From: Laetmonice hystrix
Lineage: Eukaryota
NCBI GenBank assembly: GCA_965235115.1
Contig: OZ249436.1
Location: 51,772,001 to 51,836,000 of the forward strand
Direction of reading: 5' to 3'
DNA: 64,000 bases
Notes under the pieces: generated by a model
What the model was told of the DNA's origin: nothing
Database searches by the model: none
The model's input: the letters and a program-made list of their open reading frames with translations, nothing else
Position numbers and translations under genes: made by a program
In this document: in pieces, positions 54,259-64,000 of the stretch
Layout: the number at the start of each line of letters is the position of its first letter
How positions within the stretch are numbered: position 1 is the first letter of the stretch

Positions 54259-57200
54259 TATGGTAAACCAGGTCTTCGACCAATCTAACGCTCGTCAGCA
54301 GCCCACTTTTTTAAGGGGGGGGGGGGGGGCTCCCACTAACAACTATAGGCCTACAGGCATACTTTTCTATGGCGTCCAGCTGTCTTCATGAACTAACTCA
54401 TCGCCATGTTTATAGCATATTAAACGAGACAGTCGGAGTAAAAATTCATACGTAGTAGGGAGGTCAGCCAAGAGGTCCGCATTATTGAATCTATCCTTGA
54501 TAAAATATTATAAGAACTAGGAAACCAAAAAGTAGTCTCCAGCTGTTTCTGTAACCCTGCCCTGCTCGGCATGGGAACATCGACATGGGGGACCCATATG
54601 TGAGGTTTCGAAACTATAAATAAATGTTGATTCCTGCAAGGACATGGAGGAAACCACATGGGCGATAATAAGGCGCCTGGTGCAGGCGACGTTTCAATCA
54701 TGACAGGAACAGTAGGGCGGGAATTGGTCAGAGGCTGCTATGGTAATAGTAATAGGAGAGGTATATTGACTCATAATTGTTTCTAGGGCAATATTTTCTG
54801 GCACAGGTTGTCTCTCTATATACAATGCAATATTCCAAAGGTTGGCTATAAATACCAATGATATTTCATTAAAACAAATCTCACGTAGGCCTACTGTTAA
54901 TCCTATATTCAATTTTATTATAATGGCTGCCGCACTGTCCTGAATGGTCAGTTCCATGTCATGTGATCATGGATAAAAACTAATATTGCACGGAAAAAGT
55001 AATATTGACCAGCTAATCCCTCCATACTTTTATGACACTGGCCTGTGGCAGTCATAAATAAAACAAATATGGCACTTGGTAGGCCTACCGTGCAATATGA
55101 ACGTTGTATCATATTTACATATGCCTAGACCTATGATCATATACAGAAACTTTTAGAAAATATTTGAACTTCTCCCCTGTGATGTTAGACGTCGAAAAAT
55201 TCAATTAAAGTCTGCCATTGTAGGAGTTCTAACTTCTCTTGATGGATAAGCCCAACCACGTACCACCCTATGGGAAACACCGACTTTTGGGCCTGACATC
55301 TCTCAGGGTTTGCTTGACGGAACGTCCTTTATAAGGTCAAAGGTCATTCCCATCAAGCAGCTTGTGCTGACCCAGGCTGGCCTGCTGGAGCTCTGTGTTC
55401 TGTGCTGACCCAGGCTGGCCTGAGAAGTGTGTACTGTGATATACCAACCTGATGTAGTCGTGACATTAACCTTCCTTGCGCTCCGCCCATTCCATCGGGA
55501 GACGATATACATTATAATGACGACAAAGGCAGGTCCTTCTCAAACGTGGATAGCCTTTAATATATTTTTAATGTTTCAATTTGTTTTTATAACAAGCAAT
55601 GAATTGATGACAAATGATATTGGATAGGTATCTGCCTCAAGGAGTTTATTATGGTTGTGGCGACAAGTATAAGGTATTCGTACATAGAACAGTGAGACGT
55701 TGTATGTGATTGCTCCTGATTCTCGGTCGTCTCACCACCTTTTATTTGATATCCCTGCCTCCTGGACCTTGAGAAATTCCATCAGGTGACCTGCACGTCG
55801 TGATGGGGTAGGGGTATAGAAGGTGGGCGTTCCATGACGTAGGGGTTGGGGCAACAGACAGCGAGGGCACAGGGCCCACCCAGGTGCCGGGCAAGGGTCA
55901 CCACCCCCGATAATCGACTGGTATACCCACTCGTGGAAAATGGGGTCTCAAGAAGTAGAAGAAGAAGAAGAAGAAGAAGAAAATGATTTTAAAAATTCAT
56001 TTAATCTATCTCGCTCTATTAGTTGTTACAAATACTCCTCTGTTTTCATCTTAACCGGTAGAGGACACTCCTATACTGGTTTGATAAGATGTCTACCGGC
56101 GCTATAGTTCGCAGTAAAAGCATCTCATCGTCCTTGTAAACAGTATTTTCATAACCAGAGGGTGGAGAGGCCCTGCCCTAGGGTTAGTCCGACGGAAGAT
56201 GGTAAGCGGGAGTTAGCATACAAACAGGAACGGAAAGAAACTTGTTTTGCATCCACATGGGTTGTTTACAATGCCACAAATGTTTGTGGTCGAGTATAAC
56301 AGTTCGAGCTGGGAAGGATGCTATTGCGCACGCGTTAACGTCAACGGCTATATGAACCACATCCTTTGGGGATTAGAGAGAATGGCGGATTCCAAGAACT
56401 GGGGAGGCACGCATGCCTGTGTAAATCCCCTCCCAAAGCATGTTGATGTTTCAGCTGTGCTCGCTGTAACGAAAAAATGGCAATCAGTCGTCCTGCTCTG
56501 TCATATCGCTGGATTTCTGGCATGGAAATACCTGCATTGGCAGGCAGAAAGGTGGATGTACATCGGGGTGGGGTTCAAGGGTGAAGGGCCCCATGGGTCC
56601 TCTTCTGTCACGCTGTGAGTCAGGCATGCATGTGTTAGCGGCATCATGGATCTCCATGGTGTCGGTTCTCACGTTGATCACTGGCCAGTCGAAACAGATC
56701 CCACATAGTTCTGTGATTACGCGCAAACCTCAAGTCAACATCCATCCTGGCAACTTCCCAACTCGTCAAGACTGCACCATTCAGCAATTTTTCATTGAAA
56801 AGCTGAGAAGCGTTTGTATATAGGTTTGGGAACCTGGCGGTGCATTTTTCCACCTCGGCCAGCTTGTCGAAAGGTTAGAAGGGTCTCGCAGAATTGGCGG
56901 CGGCGCCTCTGAGGCATGTAATTGTATAGACATCATGGACCACCTTAAAGGTGCCGGCTAGCGCAAGTATACGTATAGTTAAGATTTTGAACCCTTGTAA
57001 TGAAGCAAGTACAAAACGGTTATTGGCCACACGACGTCCCTGTTATGGAGATTTATATCCAGACATAAAAGAAAAACTATCAGTATAAATCATTTTTGGC
57101 ATTTTTCAAATGTTCTGAGGCGACCTATGTTGTGGCTTTGGTGTAGCGTTTCGACAGGATACGCTTGTTAGAGACTAGTGCAATTGGTTTGACCGTGTTG

Positions 57201-60200
57201 AAAGGCTTAGCAGGTTCGCATAACGTAAAAACAACTAACAGGATAGACCCTGAATCCACATGGTCGAGCAAGCAACAAGCGGAGGACCAGATGGCGTTAA
57301 TATACAGGTAACTTGGGGGGGGGGGTATATTTAGGTTGTCTGGCTTACTTTATCTACCCAGGTTCTTTTTATCACAACGTAACATATTATGTCGCCTACT
57401 GAATGGACAAAAAAATACCCCAAACCTTAAAACAAACGATACTTTTGTTTTAAGAGTCAGTCTCTTGACATAAACGTGGCAGACTGCAGAGACGTTATTC
57501 TAGCTGGCGATCGTTGTAGGTCACAGCCTGTAGGTTAGGTTCAAGTTAAGATTATTTCTGGGTTCTCACGCCAGCTGCGCCGGGCAGCACCTGGCCTGTT
57601 TACTATGGATCAAATATTGAACGTTAACAGAGGGATCTACATATCTGATACAGGTATTCGGAGTATCTGGAGTAACATGACATTGTCCGGAATCTCAGTT
57701 AATCATATTACTCATGTTATAATATAGTATTAGAGAATTCCATATTAAATGAGGACTGGTGGGTTGCTACATTCTTTCGACGTATACGTCACGTTATACG
57801 TGACGTTATCTGTGTCGGTAGAGCCGGATGCCAGGGCTCCAGTAGTAATCAGACGAGCTCCTTAAGGTCGATAGGGCCTGTCAGAAACCTCCTCGGACGG
57901 TGTGTCTTTGATGGCCAATACCTGTGAGATGTTCACCGGATCTGGTCTCAAATATTAGGTGAATTCCCATGAAAGGGGAAGTGCATCACTTCAAAGGTTG
58001 GCAAATGTCGGGTTAACTGGTGTTATGTAGGGGGCTTCTCGTTGGTCAGGACAGTAGCAACTGTTACAGCCGTAAGTTACTGACATTACTCCACTCTTTG
58101 AATGTTCCATTGATACAACGATATCTCAATGCAGGTTCCAAAAGGCTAGGATTGCACAGCTGCGGAACGTATTCTAGAACATTGATGAGTGTTTCCAGTT
58201 TGCCTATTCCAGTTTATATTCTATATATTTTATAGTTTTAAATCTATTATAGACCCTGCAGGTCATTAAATTGTCTAATTGTCTAAGTGTCTACTGCTAG
58301 CTATTTGTGAGCACGTGAACCCCTTGGGGATCAGGGTTAGGAGTGATTCTCAGCTCGATAGGAGGCGACGACTAGGTGGAGAGTTGGTGTGTGTGTGTGT
58401 GGGGGGGGGGGGGAGTGGTGTAGTCTCGGACTGTAGAATTATCATCTGTGTGGCACAGATAGAGTTGGATCTTTCCATTACCCCCCCCCCCCAACTGCTC
58501 CCCAACAAGGTGATCAAAGACAGATAAAAGATCCTTCCAAGTGGCGTTCTTTCTCACTTCATCCCCATCATCACCCTCGGACTCTGGGGTATAATACAAG
58601 TAAGTCTGAAGATTTTGTTCCCTCCCTGAACATGGCTGAAATACTACCGACGTCTTGTAACCCCTTATCTCACTCTTGGCACGCGCATAAAGTCAAAAGC
58701 ATAATATTCTCTCGTCCAAAAGTAGAGGCAGAAGTCAGAGAGCGGTCTACTTGGCAACCCTTCATATCAGGCCACCGTTTGGCAACGAATGAAAAAGATT
58801 TGTTTCTTTTGGCACGGAACCACCTTTATTTGACCCTATTGACGGGTGTCCTCCATCTGTGTTTCATTCACTAACCATCGACGGAAACCACGCAAAGTAG
58901 GATAACTGGTATTCCTGAGATTTGGTATTAATAAGGGGGCACTTTTCTCCAGTCGTAGACAAAGTGAGCTCTGGAATGTATTTGCCTTTAGGCGACAAGA
59001 AGAATGAACTCTATGAGGTGGGAGGATAACCAGCAGTTATAACGTACGCCACATTATGTGCTTGGCATCTCGGCCTGCTTCCTTTCAAACTAACTGAACT
59101 AAAACTCCCTTATCAGCCCCAATATCATAATATACAAAAAATGGCGATTAAAAATACTATACATTCAAAAATACGCTGATGAATCAGAGATTTGGCAAAA
59201 TCAGGAGAAGGTAGTAATTGGTGCAGAAAGAGTAACTCTTCTGCTTCAATTTAGTGGTTAAACCATTCAGATTTCCACCGCCCTAAAATACCACTGGCGT
59301 CATGCAAGGAGACTAGGCCCTTTCAAACCAAACAAAGCATGATGGAAGCAGATGAAACGGATCAATTGCTGTGGTCATGGATGCCATGATCAGTTCCTGT
59401 CTGTGGATCTTGCTCATAGGCCTGCTTGCATGTCATGCTGAAGCATGTCCACAGTTCCAATCCCAGCAATGGGCCTTCTTGGTCAATGAATTTACCCAGA
59501 GTGCCGCTTTGTGGCTGGGTGTGAATTGTGGACGCACCATGCTTCATCATCACTCTTCTATTATATATATTCCTATACGCAGGGTCTAGTCCTGGGGCTA
59601 GACCTAAATTTGTATGCCACCCAAGGCCTAATCCAGGTGCTTTCTCGTTGTAGTTTTGATTCATGGGAATAGACTTAATGGTAGGCCTATAACTTTTGAC
59701 CTTGTTTTCGTTAGCTAAATGTGAAACTTTTGATACCAAACCCTTTGCTCGGTGACCCTTAAAATTTCTCCGACCCGTAGTCGAGTGAGCTTTCCCAACA
59801 GATGCTTCAAATGTTAGATAAATGTCGGGGATATTAAGAAGGGCAAGGCATGTCCGCCGGCAAAAGCGTCCCGGCGACACTGTCGCCGACACTCCCAAAC
59901 GGCACCACAACGCCCCCTATCGGCGCAGCCATCTTCGCTGGGTGCGTCTCCTGACGTACCGAGGAACGGAAGTGACTCGGCGCGCGGAAAATGTGAGAAA
60001 TAACAGCGGCAACACGGGTATTGAGAAGTGCACACCATTTCGTGACCTGTCAATGACTGGTCGTGCCATGACGACAGTTTAAACCTAGCAGCTGCGTAAC
60101 GTACGACATCCTCCGCGACAGCCAGTGACCGCGCAATGAAACATGGGACTATTTATGATCCACTGTATTTCCGGTTTGTCTCTGTCCTTGTAAGACACCA

Positions 60201-60819
60201 TGTGCTTTTATGCAGGGCGTTATAGTGGCGGGACAATTCAGCGTGTCGGGTTGCGAACCCCTCTCTTTGATCTTTGGGTAGAATCATGGGTCCGACAATG
60301 TTAGTGTGACCTTGTATTACGGCTGGATACAGTAGATTTCACCCGACTGCTGTTTAGCTTGGGACGACTGATGATCTTGCAATGATCGAGCCAGTAGCTA
60401 ACCTATACTGTAGATTATCCACCATTTGAGGTACACGTTTTGCCTGATGCTCCAATTAGCATACTTTAGTGGCGTATAACTGCAGGTCGTTTTTCTATCA
60501 CAAGTTCTCAGGTAAAGCTTGAAGATAAATGAGTAAGCCTACTCAGGGATATGAACATTTAATGTGATTAATAGCGCGATCCAATTGTGAAAAAAATCTG
60601 GTTTCCATCCTATAAATGATCATACTTTTCTCTCTCTGTTATTCTTTCTTTCTTTTGTCAAACAATTTCTATACTTAGGACAACATAATATAGCAATGAG
60701 AGAATCTCACTTAATGATCAGCCACTTTGATGAAGCGATAAAAGTTACGGTTTAGGGCCTTCTATAACACGTAAATCAACTGGCTACATTTATGTTATAC
60801 GGTCATCAACCCTTAATAC

Positions 60820-61103
60820 CAGTGGCGTATCGAGGGGGGTTTCCTGGAACCCCCGCCCCTTGAAAACAATTGCTAAATTTATATTTAAAAAAGGACATTT
60901 TTGTAAAACAGGAGTGTAAAAAGTGCATTATTGTAACCAAAGGACATCTTCATATTTCCAAACAAGACGTTCTGAGATTGCATTATTTGATGTCTTTTGT
61001 TTAGGGCCTTCTAAATTTCCCAGAGGAGCATGGCTAAGGCCATCTCTGAAGTACAACTTAGGGCCCCCACCCCCCTCCTTACCAATTTCTCGATACGCCC
61101 TTG
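60820..61103. mobile_element. MITE-like element with CAGTGGCGTATCGAG-type inverted ends (hAT-like termini)
   Basis: Left cagtggcgtatcgag, right ctcgatacgcccttg. aatac lies on both flanks, but there is no full 8-bp TSD. A similar end (cagtggcgtata) occurs at 2024. Confidence 0.55.
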
Positions 61104-61676
61104 AATACTGATAACATTCAAATAATATCAACGAAACAAGAGTCAGAAATAGGAAATGCAAGAAACATAATAAGCCTATGATCTTTCAATAAACTGCCAT
61201 TTAATTTTGGAAGATAAGCCTAGTGGATTATAGAAGTTGTAAAAAGAAGGGACCTTGCCTCTTTCTACAGGGTATTCAAATCTTTCTTCAGAATTTTCTA
61301 CTGTGATTCTTTTCGGAATGCCTTGTTCACAGCATTGTTTTGATATGTGACGATGGCGGTGTGTATATTATTATAAAGTGTATCAAGGACAGCGGGACTG
61401 AAATAGCCGGGCCATGGGCAACCCGATCGTTGGGGTGCGAGGGAGTATGCTATCTGTATTTATGCTAACTCTGAGGTATAACACAAAACCCGGTTCCGGC
61501 CCACGCCGTCTGACGAGAGGGTCACTATAAGCATTGTACAATCCTCGGCTACCACAAATGTCATGAAAAATGTTTTAGTCAATCATACATTATAATGTTG
61601 ATAAACGATTATTCAACGTTCTGTACGTGCTATAGTTGGCTTGTTGCTACATTACACCTACTGCTGCGGCGGTTAA

Positions 61677-62064
61677 GGCCAAAAAAAAAAAAGTTTCGTT
61701 TCTTGTCCTTTCATATAAAAAAATTGGTGCGGTGACGCGGTTTTTTTTTTTTTCGTCTTTCTTTTTTTTTTTTGGATGCAACTAGAGAACGGCCGATTCT
61801 TCGAATGCAATTGCTGTTGGGTACATAAATCTTGAAGAAAAGACTAATGCAATGATGTTCAATGTTTTAGAATGTGTAAAACTCACATAAAATCAACAAG
61901 ACTAACAGAAAAACGCCAACGCCAAAGAACCGTTGCAACGTTCTGTCACAGCGCTACACTGCCCACCATATGAAGCAGTCGGATTTGAAAAAAAAAGACT
62001 TGACGCGGGGGTTTTTAGGTGACGCGCGCGGGGACAAGAAACGAATCTATTTTTTTTTTTGGCC
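61677..62064. mobile_element. MITE with about 30-bp inverted ends and TAA target-site duplication, PIF/Harbinger-like
   Basis: taa-ggccaaaaaaaaaaaagtttcgtttcttgtcc ... ggacaagaaacgaatctatttttttttttggcc-taa. Confidence 0.7.
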
Positions 62065-62160
62065 TAACCTACTGCTCCGGTTGTAGCCAGCAAGAATTCA
62101 ATCTGGTCTTATGAAATATGGAGGAAATGATATTGAAATGAGATATGAAAACCATGATTC

Positions 62161-62552
62161 TTATAATGGCATGGATCCGCAGAATTAGGACAATATGGAC
62201 TTGTCAATGTTATGATGGCATGGATCCGTAGAATTAGGACAATATGGACTTGTGAATGTTATGATGGCGTGGATCCGCAGAATTAGGACAATATGGACTT
62301 GTGAATGTTATGATGGCATGGATCCGCAGAATTAGGACAATATGGACTTGTGAATCTTAGGATGGCATGGATCCGCAGAATTCGGACAATATGGACTTGT
62401 GAATGTTATGATGGCATGGATCCGCAGAATTCGGACAATATGGACTTGTGAATGTTATGATGGCATGGATCCGCAGAATTAGGACAATATGGACTTGTGA
62501 ATGTTATGATGGCATGGATCCGCAGAATTAGGACAATATGGACTTGTGAATC
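62161..62552. repeat. 49-bp minisatellite, 8 copies
   Basis: Unit atgatggcatggatccgcagaattaggacaatatggacttgtgaatgtt. Confidence 0.93.
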
Positions 62553-64000
62553 GTGAGTGCATCGGGGGGGGGGGGGAGGGAGATGAGCATTCGCCGCGTT
62601 TTCTTTTTTCTTTTTACCTAAAGGATTTCCCTCCCCTGACCCCTGCTGGAGAACTTTTCCCTAACTTTCCGTCTATGCGAAAAATGGATGAAGACTGATC
62701 GTGATGAACGAGACTTCCCGCATGAACCGATCACTTATAGACCCCCCTACGTTCTATCTCCCAGCTGGTATTGCGAGGTTTCACCCAGCCATGGTCGACG
62801 GTATGCCCCCACTCCGGGTCTCGCCATCAACCCGGGTTCGTGTTGGGAAAAGATGATCCTCGGATCGTGATGGGAGATGGCATGCAGCCGCCGCCGACCC
62901 AGCCCTAAACAGCATGAACCACCGGCCGTTCGCCACTTGTAACCACCCACATGGGTCGGGCAGAAAACAAACACAGACTCAAACAAACCCAATGCCAGTA
63001 CGGCACCCGGGTGTGCAGCAGTTGCAAAGCGTTGACCACGACAAAAAAGACACACAAAATACCACTTTCTTCACTGCCCCTCCCCAATATGATCAAACAA
63101 CCCTTGCCATCTTTTCGAAAGAGGATTGCCTTCCGGTGCCTTATCACCCGGGGGGGGGGGCCCTCAGGGGTACAATAAAGGCCCTTTGACTGAATTAAAT
63201 GGACTAATGTCGCCCTGAATCGTTGGTATGCGAGTGGTACCGTGCGAGTCGGGTGCGAAGAACCAAATGGGCCGAAATATGCGGAGGCCCACCTGGGCAT
63301 CCGCTGTGGGCACCCGACCGTAACCCCCTGGCGGCGATTCCTGACTTGAGCCGCCCCACCTGGGGGGAATATATTAATCTAAATTCTATCGAATATACAT
63401 TGTAAATTACTTATAAAACCCCAAATTGACTCACATTTTAAAAATCGTTATGTATTGCCTCAACAGTTATTGTTTATTTAGCGGAGATTTAATCTTATAC
63501 AGGTTGGTCTGCACACTATTGATAAGATCCGTAAAGCCTAGCCTTCAGTAGTAAGAACTATTCGAAAAAGTGAGCTTTATTATTAGAGGTACTTCTGAAG
63601 TTCCTATACATGTCTTGTCGTTGTCATACTAAACGTGTTTGTGCAGCGAGATTCCTGTCGTGGGAGAGTTAACAGGGACAAGATGCGAACAATGAGACAC
63701 GTTGGCTTTCTGCCCCCTCGGCCGGGTTCAACTCAAAGTTACTCCATAAATACGAGAACAACATGGTTGTTACAACCGACACGACGGGTAACTAAAGGTA
63801 GTCACGTGTTTACTGCATGAAAAACAAACGTCCTCCTGTTTACGTAAGAGAGGCGTTCAGTGCTCCAACATGTGCACCGCTTTTGGTCTAATAAGAAAGA
63901 AATGTGGCACGGTGGAATTCATCGATCCTGGTTTTGGCGTCTGTCCTAGAATGGTGTCGTGCTGTCGAACCAAACGTGACAGGAATGAGAATCCCTGTTG

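Noticed and set aside
62688..63405. GC-richer stretch with overlapping short ORFs
   Set aside because: No recognisable domain and no consistent frame or splice structure.

Overview
Eukaryotic (animal, most likely invertebrate) intron-rich DNA. It is dominated by one minus-strand, pentamer-type (subgroup B, THBS3/THBS4/COMP-like) thrombospondin gene. I traced 69 exons by hand from 45240 down to the stop at 2718; they total 8750 nt and stay in frame (about 2900 aa). The signal-peptide/first exons were not found. Domain order: TSP N-terminal (LamG) domain, CxxC-ended coiled coil, EGF region, type 3 calcium-binding repeats, C-terminal lectin-like domain. The unusual part is a ~24.5 kb array (11989-36493) of 45 phase 1-1 exons, mostly 123 nt, that amplifies the first EGF module to about 51 copies (about 54 EGFs in total versus 4 in vertebrate THBS3/THBS4/COMP). 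36 of the 45 array exons end in weak GC donors, while every non-array intron I traced is GT-AG. 37 of the 45 begin with GT(G/A)A, which recreates a 5' splice site after ligation. This suggests a variable-length or combinatorially spliced thrombospondin; that interpretation is inference and needs RNA data. The rest holds a convergent CaaX-ending terminal exon (49-323), minisatellites (two of which multiply splice sites), several MITE-like elements, and largely unassigned non-coding DNA beyond 45 kb.
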